From positions 51,832,001 to 51,896,000 of the forward strand of contig OX597831.1 of NCBI GenBank assembly GCA_951406725.2: a stretch of DNA of 64,000 nucleotides, given 5' to 3'. The notes beneath the pieces were generated by a model. The model was not told where the DNA came from. It did not search any database and worked only from the letters and a program-made list of their open reading frames with translations. Positions within the stretch are counted from its first letter, which is position 1. Each line of letters starts with the position of its first letter. The translations under genes and the position numbers were made by a program. Source of the stretch: Octopus vulgaris (Eukaryota). This document shows positions 43,198 to 55,318 of this stretch, piece after piece.

Positions 43198-43769
43198 AAA
43201 ATATCTGGCTAGCTACCATTCTGTTCATCTATCTTCTATCTATCTAATAATCCTCATCTGTTACTCTGTGATTCTCGATCCTTTTGCTTCGACGTCAAAT
43301 ACAAAAAACAAAAACCAAAAAACAATAAGAGAAAAAGAAAAAAATACTGGTGTACTTCGCAGGGAAAATTTAAGGAATAGAGTTATATTTTAAAGTTTAA
43401 AATTTGGAGATGATATGTAACCTTTTTCACAAACATCGGAGCGCGAAGCGTTCCTCGCGAATGCACTTTTGTGAGATGGTTGTGATATATATAAATAGTT
43501 ATGAATAGGAACCTGAATGCGAAGTATGAACAAGCAATACGCATGTGCACACTGAATTCATAAATCGGAAGAGAATAAAAACGTGATGCGCATGTCAAAG
43601 TAAGACGGAAGAGGCGAATAAAACAAGTTATATGATGGTCTGCATGCTACGTCTAACACCGCTATCACGCCGCTTTGCTGCAATTATCTTGTGTTGTGAT
43701 AATTGTGTTGTGACAATTATCTTGTCACACTGTGTATAACATAATTATGAATACCAAGCAGCGCAAATA

Positions 43770-43985
43770 TTGATTTCAAATTTCAGCACAAGGTCAGCAG
43801 TTTTGGGGGAGGGGGGTAAGTCGATTGCATCAACCCCAGTACTCGACTGGTACTTACTCTATCGACCTCGAAAAGATGAAAGGCAAAGTCGACCTGGATT
43901 GAATTTGAACTCAAGACGTGAAGACGGATGAAATGTCGCTAATCATTTCGCCCGACATGCTAGCAGTTCTACCAGCTGGTTACCT
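43770..43985 (-). mobile_element. SINE family B short-tail copy
   Basis: Reverse-complement B head, central domain and tail. Confidence 0.8.
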
Positions 43986-44361
43986 TAAGCAGCTCAAATA
44001 TTAATATGGAATTTTTAAAATCGTAATAATTGTTTTTAAAAAATCTGTGGCGCACCTACTAGACACCAGATGTGACGCACCGTGTCCCGCTGCGCTCCAC
44101 TTGAGAACCACTGAACTAGACTATAGCTGTTTAGGTAGGTAGGTAGGTTGGCTGGTAGGTAGTAGGTAGGTGAATTGACTTTCCTATCTTACTACATAAC
44201 TATTTTACTATATAACTAAATTCATCTAACTCTCTAAATCCATATAATTGTACCGTATTCTATGTACCGTATTCTAAATGTACCGTATTCTATGCACCCA
44301 AAATATTCTAATAACCGTCCATTTCAATATTTATCTACCAATGTGTGAATCTTTTTTCCAG

Positions 44362-44529
44362 GAGTACATTCCAGCTGCCAGACCAAAGGCCGGTCTCTCC
44401 TCCCTGAAAGACGGTATTAAATATTACGAGGCGTGCCTCAAATGGTATTTTGGCTACAATATAACTGCTACTGAAGTATATAACCTTGGTGTAAGTGAAA
44501 CGAAACGTATAGCAAAGAAAATGAAGGAG
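44362..44529 (+). CDS. DUF885-family gene exon: EYIPAARPKAGLSSLKDGIKYYEACLKWYFGYNITATEVYNLGVSETKRIAKKMKE
   Basis: ttttttccAG acceptor, GTAAGT donor, phase 0 to 0. Strong DUF885 signature (EYxPxxR...G...G..YY...G..E..RI...M). Confidence 0.95.
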
Positions 44530-45213
44530 GTAAGTGATTGTTCTATTCTCTCAGCAGCGAACGGTTTTCCAAAGACAAGTTTTAATTCAAAACTTCGATG
44601 TAATGCCGTCTTTTAATATAATTCTTATAAATGGATGATTGATGCACATTATATTAAATAAGTTAAATAGTCGTCAAGAACAACGTAAGGGCTGCTGTGA
44701 AAGCATCTAGATGACTCTGGAGGAAAAGAGGTGATCGATGTCAGTAGAATGCCACTTGTACACAAGTTTAGGCTCGATCAGTCTGGGTCGGGTCACCTGG
44801 ATGAGAGTGTATTTTGTAAGACATGAAACATCCAGGGACACCAAGATACAAAGCTAACGATGTGTCCGAGTATTGTAACTGTAAACGTATGTTGAACTGT
44901 CGTGTTTTCATGCAAATGATATTATGAGTAAATAACCCTAGTGAAATATATTTTGCTTAAATCGGATAATTTCACGTCTACCGGCTTACAATAGAATATA
45001 CATCTGCTTAGTGAGTCTCTCATTGCTATTTCGCCACATACAATTATGGCTATACTTCGTTGAAGAGGTCTAATAAAACCGAAACATGTTCGGGAATGTC
45101 TCTCGTACGGCCAAATTATTGAAATAGTATTGGACATTGAGCAATTGCTTTCTTTTCCTTACCGCGTAATTATAATTAACTGGATTATTCCATTGTTCAC
45201 CACATTAAATATA

Positions 45214-45628
45214 CCGTAAGTATAATCCGCATTTTTCCCCAAAAATTTAAAGGTCAAAATCCCTAGTGCGTGCTATCTATGAGGTTAAAAATGAAAATTA
45301 TTTTCTAAGCCTGAAAGCAATGAAGTCATAAAAGAATCATCCATAACTCGCAGTAAGCAACATTTTTTAAAATAAAAGTATTCAGAACAAAGAATAACAT
45401 GTAACAAAAACAATTTCAAACATATTTACATTCCCATATAACAGTTAAGAATATCACGCATGCGTGGAAGTGTTTGTTCGACTAGGTGCTGCTGGCTTAA
45501 TTACGCACGACTCAAGTTAGAGAAGGAGTGCGTATTATACACAAGGTTTAGGTTTTTCAGAGGTACAGCCCCCTAAAAATCCCCCTGCGTATTATACTCA
45601 AGGGCGGACTATACTCGAAGATTTACGG
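45214..45628. mobile_element. Tc1/mariner-superfamily (pogo/Tc2-like) MITE with TA TSD
   Basis: TA|ccgtaa(del)gtataatccgc ... gcggactatactcgaagatttacgg|TA. Confidence 0.7.
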
Positions 45629-45664
45629 TACTGACAACTTAACTATTATAAATAGAGACTCGGA

Positions 45665-46095
45665 CATTGCTTAAAAAATAATTTGTCTTATGAAGAAAGG
45701 CTGAAGACGCTCGATCTTTATTCTCTAGAAAAACAACGACGCCGTGGTGATCTCGTTCTTGCTCACAACATCATAAGCAGAAAGCGTAACCTCTCGAAAG
45801 AGCTGTTCTTCACTCCTGCTCCAGAGCGTCGGCTGCGGGGTCATTCCGAAAAGCTCTATCTGCGACGATTTCATCTCAATCGAAGGAGAGGGGCTTTCTC
45901 CGTCCGGGTTGCGGATCCGTGGAATAAGCTGCCGGGCGAGATGGTGAAGATGCCGACGACCCCTCGGTTCAAAGTCTCCCTTGACCACAAGTGGCCTGAA
46001 CTCTTTACCTGAACACCACCCTGTACATAACTCCATGTCCCCCTACATGGCCTTGCTTTTTGCTTTTTGAGCCAAAGAATTAACTAACTAACTAA
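45665..46095 (+). mobile_element. 5'-truncated CR1-clade LINE (second family) with (TAAC)n tail
   Basis: SYEERLKTLDLYSLEKQRRRGDL...LRGH...FSVRVADPWNKLP; tail taactaactaactaa. Confidence 0.9.
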
Positions 46096-46529
46096 ATTAT
46101 TTAACCCAAATCGAATCCTTATGAAATTGATGGTAAACTTTTACCTCCAAAATAATTCTACTTAATTTTTTCTGTCTCAAACAACTATCTATATCAGGTC
46201 CGATATGTTGGCATATGAAGTTTTGATAGGAACGCTCGGCCATCATTCGTTCTGTTGATGCACGTGTATTCAACAACAGGAGTGTATTTTCTATATATTT
46301 ATCTCAAGACAGTCTGTCTATCTTTCCTGTTGATGGCATTGTATGTTGTTGTTTCAGCAACAACATCATGCAGTATTATCAATGACATTTTTTTGCCAGT
46401 ATGCTGATCACATATGTGTGTGATACCTTCCACAGAAATGTGACATAACCGACTTTATCTGTCGCATCTTAGCGTTTAAGGGCAACACTGTTTCTCGCGA
46501 ATGTTTGTATGAATGAAAGGATACGAGTG

Positions 46530-46556
46530 TGTAGTAGTGGTAGTAGTAGTAGTAGC

Positions 46557-46622
<66 letters not shown>

Positions 46623-46665
46623 GGTGGTGGTGGTGGTGGTGGTGGTGGTGGTGGTGGTTTTGGTG

Positions 46666-46721
<56 letters not shown>

Positions 46722-46767
46722 GGTGGTGGTGGTGGTGGTGGTAGTGGTGGTGGTGGTGGTGGTGGTG

Positions 46768-46838
<71 letters not shown>

Positions 46839-46870
46839 TGTGGTGGTGGTGGTGGTGGTGGTAGTAGTAA
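46530..46870. repeat. Compound (GTA)n/(GTG)n trinucleotide array
   Basis: Directly visible. Confidence 0.95.
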
Positions 46871-46995
46871 CAGCAGCAGCTGCAGAACTGTGTACTCGAA
46901 AGGTCTTTCTATAAATGTGGTTTCCAATAGGCAATTAGAAAGTTGTGAACCATCTGAAACTCAATTGATTACTGTATTCTTCACATTTCTTTTAG

Positions 46996-47082
46996 GTTAT
47001 GTCACAGCTGAATTTCCACGGAGATTTAAAAGAGTTTTTCAACCACCTTAAAGATATTCCAGAATTTTACAATATTTCCGAA
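46996..47082 (+). CDS. DUF885-family gene exon: VMSQLNFHGDLKEFFNHLKDIPEFYNISE
   Basis: tttcttttAG acceptor, GTAAGT donor, phase 0 to 0; F-x-G...F...L...P-x-F-Y pattern. Confidence 0.92.
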
Positions 47083-47106
47083 GTAAGTTGCTATGAATTT
47101 CGTCTG

Positions 47107-47162
<56 letters not shown>

Positions 47163-47207
47163 AATAACTATCTATCTATCTGTCAATCTATCTATCTACC
47201 TATCTAT

Positions 47208-47274
<67 letters not shown>

Positions 47275-48609
47275 CCCGTTAAAAGGAGGGCTGGGCATGC
47301 CGTGGTTGATGATGCGCAGACACGCGCTGAGACTGCGACATCTCCGGCTCTATGTAGACGACGGTGAACAGGTGTGGTCGCCGTTTGTGAGGCACGCATT
47401 CCCGCAACTCGTCTCCATGACCGAACTACAGTCGTGGATCAAAAAGAGGCCGAAGAAGGGCGAATGGCACCGCGAGTGTCGCGTTGCTCTCAAGCAACTC
47501 TGCCGTCCCGGGTCGACCTTGAGTGACTTCAACACAACCAAAGCATTCTATAGGGGATTAGTGGAGGGGAGGTACGACGACGAGCTCGGGGCAAACCTGG
47601 GCGTCGACGAGGAATACCTGACCCGCCTGTTTCAAACGACTTTCGGCCCGGGACCTATGGACAACTTCCAGAGATCCCTGGCCTGGCGGTGCTACCGAGA
47701 AGCGCTACCCGTTCGGGATAAGCTCTATAGGCATGGCTCGAGAAACACGGGGCCGACCTGCCCGAGATGCGGGCAGAGCGACGAAACCGCTCTGCACGCA
47801 ATCGTGCAGTGTCCAGCAATTTCCCACCTGTGGGCTTATGTCGAACGACTGCTGTCACGTGTGGGACGTGTCGGTTTATCAGCCGAGTCTATCGTTAATA
47901 TCGTCACGCCTCCTTCCTTCAAACGGGAAGGAAGAGCTATTTTTATCATACTTGTGGCTATGGCGAAAGAATGTATCTGGTGGACGCGTCTGAAAGGATT
48001 AGAGACAAACACTTTCCTCTCTGGTCAATCTCTCATCAACTTCTTCAAGTATCACTTGAAGAAAAAAGTGAGAGTAGAGAGGCAAGTTTTGTCTAGTGAA
48101 TGTTTTAAAAAAAGATGGGTGAATGTAGCAAGGATGGCACGTATGAATGACGAAGCCACCTTGACTATGATTCTATGAACCGTAAAAATTAATACAGAGA
48201 GTTGCTTATTTGCAAAAAAAAAAAAAGAAATATAACATGTGACTTCATTGACCGAGGTTACCGTGGTCTTTTCCGTAGGCTTTTCTTTCCACGGGTAAAC
48301 CTCACCTGTCCTCCCCTTTACACTTCATATTGACATTTCTGTGATAACGATCCCTATTGATCAATTTTTTTTCCTCTCCCCCTTTTTTTTTAACCCCCCT
48401 TTTTTTGTCCTCTTTCTCTCCTTTTACGATCCCTTTTGATCGACCCCCCTTTTTATTTTATTTTATTTTTTATTTTATTATTATTATTATTTTTTATTTA
48501 TTTATTTATTTATTTATTTTTTTTTTTTTTTTTTAAACCTTCAAAAGAAAAGATCTACCTTGTAATTTTTTCTGTCTGTGTGCAGCCCTGTGTGGCTAAT
48601 AAAGAAACA

Positions 48610-48610
<1 letters not shown>
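47275..48610 (+). mobile_element. 5'-truncated Tx1/L1-clade LINE (ORF2 C-terminus with zf-RVT CCHC finger, 3' UTR, AATAAA) embedded in a (TCTA)n array
   Basis: PLKGGLGMP...LAWRCYREALPVRDKLYRHG...CPRCGQSDETALHAIVQCP...LW; open frame to the stop at 48178. (TCTA)n flanks at 47107-47274 and 48611-48677. Confidence 0.9.
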
Positions 48611-48678
<68 letters not shown>

Positions 48679-48805
48679 GTCTGTCTGTATGTCTGTCTGT
48701 ATGTATGTCTATGTATCTGTCTGCCTGTCTATCTATATAGCTGTCTATGTATGTATGTATGTATGTATGTATGTATGTATGTATGTGTGTGTGTATGTAT
48801 GTATG

Positions 48806-48836
<31 letters not shown>

Positions 48837-49959
48837 GTACGTATGTATATCTGCATGTCAGTGTATCTATCATATAGGGGTAAAACGAAAGAAAACGACA
48901 TTCGTTGATCGACATCGTAGAGTTTCGTAGAGTTTTGATGAGAATGAGATGTAAGGGGACAATGTTTTTGAGATTCCGGTTCGAATGTAAGGCACGTTTG
49001 AAAGTGTTCCCAACAGTTATTAGTTGTAGTGGTAGAGTGTTTATGCCGAATATGTACGTATGCATGTATATATATGTATGTATGCCTGTATATATGTACA
49101 AAATCCACTGAGAAAGCTTTTGTTGGTCTGAGGCTAGAGCAGAAGACACATGCCAAGTCACCACACAGTGGGACTGAACCCAGGACCATGTGTTTGGAAC
49201 GTAGTTTGTTACCACACAGCCATACCTGCCCCTATGTATGTGTGTGCGTATGTGTGTATGGGTAGATATATTATGCATGTATATATGTGTATATATATGT
49301 GTACATATTACATGTACATCTATATATATACATCTACACATAAAATACAAAATACAAAGTTATATCTTGATATCGCTAGTGATAACAATACTCAAAATAT
49401 ATAACAGACTGGAATTGTAGGCCCGTCTCTTGCAATTTCGATCAATTGGATCTTGTCCTCCCTCTTGTATAGAAGTGTACGGCTGCAGCGAAATTCATTT
49501 TTGGACTTTCTTCTATCGAAGGCCTTTTAACAAAAATGCTTCCGTAAAGACGGTGAAAATATTGTCAATTTCCCCAAACAGGGACACAATTCAATTTTTA
49601 AACAATAACCAAAGGGGGAGGGTTACGGTTTACAATTATTTAACAAATGCAACACAACAACGTTTCCCTGACGAGGAACCAACAAACGTGATTACAATAG
49701 TCAAACAGTAATACTAATAACAACAAAACTTTTTAGTTTATCCCCATTTATGTGAAACCACTTATTCAAGTTCGTCATTGATGCAATTTTATACGAATTG
49801 CTAATACACACACACACATATAATAAGGGTGAAAAATTGAATATTAATTTGATTAATATGAATTGAAAACCAGTGGTGTAGCATATAAGACCATAGCGGA
49901 TCTTCTTCTAGCAAAATGGATGACTACTTGTTAATGGTTCATCTCTGTTATATAATACT

Positions 49960-50241
49960 TTCACTTTAATAGTTTCAGTATTAAAATGAAGGTGTCTGCA
50001 TTACAAAAGAGAGATGTTTTTGTTTCACTTTTAACACGTAATACTGAAATAGTGGAGAAGATATGATATTGCTGTGGGGTCGCCCTAGGGAAAAAGTTAA
50101 GATTTCTTTGCCGATGACACTCCTCGGATCTTAAGTAAGGCATGTGTAAAATTTGAATGAAATTGGTTGTGTAGTTCTCAAGTTTTAGGGAAACACACAG
50201 ACAGACAGACACACACATTCTCAGTTTTATATATAGAGAGA
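49960..50241 (-). mobile_element. Helitron-type element 5' portion
   Basis: The minus strand starts tctctctatatataaaactgagaatgtgtgtgtctgtctg; no clear CTAG end found. Confidence 0.5.
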
Positions 50242-50358
50242 TATATGGACTTATAATCTCACACACACACACACACACATTTTTGACATCATGAAAATAC
50301 ATAAAGTTTGAGAGAACGTGAAAATTTCAAGATCCACTATTCAAAGAATGCGTGTGTG

Positions 50359-50443
<85 letters not shown>

Positions 50444-50825
50444 TAGTGTGTGTGTGTATACTGAGCTTTTATGTATATACTTATCGATCTACACAATTTC
50501 TATCTATTTAGATACCTACCTATCATCTAGCTTCTTTTTTTTCCCTCTCTTTTTGTTTGTCTCATTTTAATTTCTAACTTTGAAGGCCCCTCTATAACAA
50601 AACTCTGACGTCGGAACACTTTAGAACGCATTCATGTTAGCTTTCTGACCGTGACGCGATGAAGCTTTCATATTTGTAGGAGGCAATTTCGAACTCATTA
50701 ACTTCATTTGCTAATGACCACAGAGTTTGGATGAAAGTATAATAGTTCCACAATTTTCAGGATTTCCTCTTCCAAATTCAGTTTATACTTTCCTCTCCTA
50801 CACTCGATCAGTAGACCCTATGTAA

Positions 50826-51426
50826 CAGTGTTTTCCAACCATATTTTACTGATGGACCCCTGAGTGGAGGCGCGTGGATCAGTGGTTAGGGAGTTGGACT
50901 TATGGTTCTAAGATTGTGGTTTCTATTCCTGGACCGGGCGATGCGTTGCAGAACACTTCATTTCACGTTGCTCCAGTCCACTTAGCTTTCAAAAATGAGT
51001 AATCCTGCGACGGACCGGCGTCCCGTCCAGGCGGGGAATATACATACACCATGAAATCAGGAAATCGGCCCTTATAAGTCAGTATGACTCGAGAAGGTAA
51101 CTTTACCTTTACGGACACCTTTGATTCCTATTTTATTTTTCTGGACCCCCATAGTCATTCGATGTTTTAAAAAATCCTATTATATTTTTATAATCAAATG
51201 CCTTTTATCATAAGAGATATTGATTGATTGATTGATTGATTGATTCTAGTTTCAGCTCATGAGCTGTGATCATGCTGGGGCACCGCCATATTACGCGGAA
51301 TTGTATTAAAAATTGTTTTAAAAATTTGTGCGTTGGAGAAGTATGACCAGTTCCTTGCGCGTAAATTTTAACAGTAAAATCTTATGTGGGCCCCCATGGG
51401 CCATGTAAACCCCGGTTAAACCATTG
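50826..51426 (+). mobile_element. hAT (Charlie-like) MITE interrupted by a SINE
   Basis: cagtgttttccaacc ... ggttaaaccattg termini; ggacccc subterminal motifs. Confidence 0.6.
50866..51112 (+). mobile_element. tRNA-derived SINE with V-domain-like segment and (CTTTAC)n tail
   Basis: A box tggatcagtgg, B box ggtttctattcc, cctgcgacggaccggcgtcccgtccagg, tail ctttacctttac; TSD-like ggacccct/ggacacct. Confidence 0.75.
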
Positions 51427-51557
51427 CTTCATAACGTTCCTTCCCGCTATAGTTAAATCAATACCTTCCTCTCCACTTTACTCTGTCACTTAACTCCTCA
51501 GTACTGTTCTCTCCTCTACACTCAGTCAATAAAGTCTGCAATATCTTCGTCTCATCT

Positions 51558-52055
51558 AAGGCGGCGAGCTGTCAAAATAGTTAGCATGTCGGAGGGGGTG
51601 GAATTGATTTTTTTTTATTACCCACAAGGGGCTCGAAGGGGGTGGAATGTTTAGTGGTATTACGTCCGTTTTTACGTTCTGAGTTCAAATTTTGCTGGGG
51701 TCGACTTTGCTTTTCATATTTTCTGGGTCAATAAAATAAAATAAGTACAAGTTGATTACCGGAGTCAGTGCAATCGCCTTACCCCTCCCCCGAAATTGCC
51801 AGTCTTTTGTCCAAATTTGAAATCAATATCTTTGCCTCTTCTATAAGCAGTCAATACTCTCCAGTAGGCGAAATGCTTATCGGTATTTTGTCTGCTGCTA
51901 CGTTATGAGTTCAAATTCCGCCGAGGTCGACTTTGCCTTTCATCCTTTCGGGGTCAATTAAATAAGTACCAGTTTCGCACCGGAGTCGATGTAATCGACT
52001 TAGCCCCTTTGTCTGTCTCCTCTATGTTTAGCCCCTTGTGGGCAATAAAGAACTA
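51558..52055 (+). mobile_element. SINE-B cluster: a short-tail copy containing a 32-nt tail insertion, then a 5'-truncated long-tail copy
   Basis: B head at 51558; insert 51605-51636 between agggggtggaat repeats; long-tail copy 51866-52055. Confidence 0.8.
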
Positions 52056-52084
52056 AATATTTTCCCCTTCTCTACATTTACGCC

Positions 52085-52445
52085 ACAAATATGGTTCCGG
52101 GTTCAGTCCCAATACGTGGCACCTTCGACCAGTATCTTCTACAATAGTCTCGGGTCGATCAGAGCCTTGTGAGTGGATTTGGTTGACGGAAACTCAAAGA
52201 AGCCCGTTGAATAATACATGTGTGTGGAGGGGGTGCCTTTATGTTTGTGTTTATCCCAATCTCACTGTTTGACAACCGGTGTTGGTTTACATCCCTGTAA
52301 CTTAGTGGTTAGGAAAAACGAAACCGATAAAATAAATACCAGACTTTAAAAAAAAGCAAATACTGGAGTCGATTTGTCCGATTAAATCCTTCAAAGTAGT
52401 GCCCCAACATGATCGCAGTCCAATGACTGAAACAAGTAAAATGTA
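52085..52445 (+). mobile_element. SINE family A copy
   Basis: Similarity to family A. Confidence 0.8.
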
Positions 52446-52802
52446 AATGATAAGAGATAAAACGTCTCATTACAACATAAAACGTCTTATTACAACATAA
52501 AACGTCTCATTACAACATACCCCTGAACAGGACGTTAGTCCGTTGCAAGCAGGGACCAAAGCCAGTACTTTTGAGGGTAGAAGACAACTTGATTACATTG
52601 ACCCCTACTATTTGACTGGTATTTTATTTTATTGGCCCCGAAGGGATCAAAAGCAAAGTTGACTTCGACGGGATTTGAACTCATAATGTAAACAGCCAGA
52701 AGCAATGCAGCTAGGTATTTCGCCCGACGTGCTAACGAGTCCTCCAGTTCGCTGCCTTTCTCTCTTCTACACTCAGTAAATAAACTCTCCAATGCCTTCT
52801 CC

Positions 52803-53731
52803 TGCATACTCGGTCATTACCCTACATCTCAAACTCTCCTATACTCAAACAATAAATTCCCAAACACCTTCCTCACCCCTTCACTTACTAAACAGACTCT
52901 CCACTACATACTACTCCCTACACTGAGGCAATAGACTTTCTAATATCTTCGGTTCCTCTACTCATCATCATCATTGTTCGACCGTGGTCGAGACAATGGA
53001 ATTTACTATGTCACGCCAGACTTCATGGTCCATCATAGCTTTACGGAGGTCCTGTTGCTGGATGCCTGTATCCCTGGAGATTACATCAGGGTAGGAGAGT
53101 CTGCACCCTCTGGTATTGCGAGTAGATGGCTTCCAGAGGAGAAGAGTAGAAATTACTTCTTTTTCAGCTCTACAACAATGTCCAGCAAACTGGACTCTCC
53201 TACCCTTCAAAAGAGATGACACAGGTGGTAATTTCCCATATATTTGCATTTTGGTTGGATGGCGCCTCCACGAGAGATTTTGAGCTCTCATAAGGAGGCG
53301 AGTGCAGGTTCCATCCAACCGCCTCTCAAGCTTCTTTGATAACGTCCAGGTTTCTGAGCCATATAGTAGAATTGGTTCGACTGTGGCTTTGAATATTTCA
53401 AGTTTGAAGTCTCTATTTAGATTTGATGACCAGATCTTATGCATGTCATTACAGGCTGACCAGGCCATACCCTTTCTAGTTAGAAAGTCTTTTCCAGATG
53501 ATGATATGTATGACCCAAGATATTTATAATCAGAAACCATATTTAAGGGCGTATTGTTGAGAGTATGGATGATGCATACTCGGTCATTACCCTACATCTC
53601 AAACTCTCCTATACTCAAACAATAAATTCACAAACACCTTCCTCGCCCCTTCACTTACTAAACAGACTCTCCATTACATACTACTCCTTACACTGAGGCA
53701 ATAGACTTTCTAATATCTTCGGTTCCTCTAC
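52803..53731. repeat. 159-bp direct repeats (52803-52961 and 53573-53731) flanking the RTE LINE
   Basis: tgcatactcggtcattaccc...ggttcctctac on both sides; 4 mismatches by manual count. Confidence 0.92.
52962..53572 (-). mobile_element. 5'-truncated RTE-clade LINE (ORF2 C-terminus, (TGA)n tail)
   Basis: YKYLGSYI...IW...KLEIFKATVEPILLYGSETWTL...RR..FAGH; open frame 53540-52971. Confidence 0.9.
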
Positions 53732-53927
53732 ACTCGATCAATAGACTCTCCAAACCACCGCCTTCAGTCTTCAAATTAGTCTGACTGAAATCATTCATTC
53801 CAAGCAACCGTTACTTCCTACCTGAAATATTTCCATTAATTAAATATTTCCATTAATTAAATATTTCCATTAATTAAATATGAATTGAGTATAATCACGT
53901 TAATTTAATGCTGTCCTCTCATTTCAG

Positions 53928-54022
53928 TCAAAAATAATAGATGAATACAGGGACATTATACAGAAACGAGTGAATCCAGTTTTATTCAATATATTCCACC
54001 ATGTTCCACTTGAAGAGGTCAG
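53928..54022 (+). CDS. DUF885-family gene exon: SKIIDEYRDIIQKRVNPVLFNIFHHVPLEEV(R)
   Basis: cctctcatttcAG acceptor, GTAAGA donor, phase 0 to 2. Confidence 0.9.
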
Positions 54023-54048
54023 GTAAGAATGATGATTTACTTAATGTA

Positions 54049-55318
54049 CGAGGGGCGTTCAATAAGTAATGCCCCTGACCCACTTCCCATAGCAGTAGAG
54101 CAACGACACTTGGCACAGTTATTAGTCTTTTCCTACATAGGAACTACCCAGAATTATGCATTTCTCCCATCGTTTGATACAGCTCTGGATACCGTTTTTG
54201 TAGAAGACCCCAGCTTGGTCCTCCAACCACGACGTGACTTCAGAAATCAAGGTTGCATCATCTGGGAAACGCTTTCCTTTCAAAATCAACTTCATGGCTG
54301 GGAAGAGGTGAAAATCAGAGGGTGCAAGGGGAGGAGTTCATAGCTGCACGCCTGTGCTTCTGATCTGGCGACACGCGAGTTGTGGACCGGAGCGTTGTAC
54401 TGCAGGAGGAGGATGCCTTTGCTGATCTTGCCTCGCCTCTTGATTTTGATAGCTTCTCTTAATTTCCTCAAAAGTGAAGCATAATAGGCTCTTGTAATTG
54501 TGGTACCCTTTGCCAGGAAATCTGTCATCACTACTCCGTCCTGGTCCCAGAAGACTGTGAGCATAACCTTGTCAGCGGAGGGCTGCACCCTTGCCTTCTT
54601 TGGAGGAGGTGAGTCACGGTGCTTTCACTGCATTGACTGGGCTTTGGTCTATGGATCATAGTGATGGACCCAGGTTTTATCCTGTGTGATCAGTCTTTTG
54701 AAAAATTTTGACTCATCTTCTTGGCACATCTCCAAATTCATCCTCGAGCACTCAACGCGTTCTTGCTTCTGGAAAGGTGTGAGCAACCTGGAAATCCATC
54801 TGGCAGACACCTTTTGCATATGCAAATGGTCATGAATGATAGTTTCCACAGACCCGGTACTAATCTTGACCTTATGGGCTATTTGGCGAATAGTTATGCG
54901 TTGACCTTCCAAAATGGCAGCCTCAACTTGACGGACAGACGTCTCATCAACGGCAGAAGGGGGCGACCAGATCTGGGAGCTGTTTCCACAGAGTTCCGAC
55001 TATGTTTGAATTCACAATGCCAGCGTTTTACAAGGTCATATGATGGGGCATCATCACCATAAGTTACTTTCATTTCATCAAAAGTCTCCCGTGGTGTGCG
55101 TCCTTTCAAATACAAAAACCAGATCACTGCTCGACACTCAACAGGCTCCGTTTCACACTTGACTCAGTTCAAACACCTGTAAATCAGAAACCACAATTAG
55201 TTCAGAGTTGTAATTCGCTACTTAATCTATAGAGGTATAAATAAGTGCACATGCAAAATTTCAGCTAGATCAAACAACTGCAAGTGGGTCAGGGGCATTA
55301 CTTATTGAACGCCCCTCG
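54049..55318 (-). mobile_element. Full-length mariner (DD34D, irritans-like) transposon with pseudogenised transposase
   Basis: 37-bp perfect TIRs cgaggggcgttcaataagtaatgcccctgacccactt and TA TSD. Motifs ITQDKTWVHHYDP, KVMLTVFWD and QYNAPVH (catalytic D replaced); frameshifts and stops. Confidence 0.95.

Noticed and set aside
45055-45090. Hammerhead-like ttgaagaggt...accgaaac (also 33379-33400 and minus-strand 63030-63060)
   Set aside because: The core is mutated and stems I/III were not identifiable; treated as decayed Penelope-type remnants.
52458-52520. Regular 20-bp repeats resembling a CRISPR array
   Set aside because: They are head-to-tail tandem copies with no spacers, in a eukaryotic context with no cas genes.
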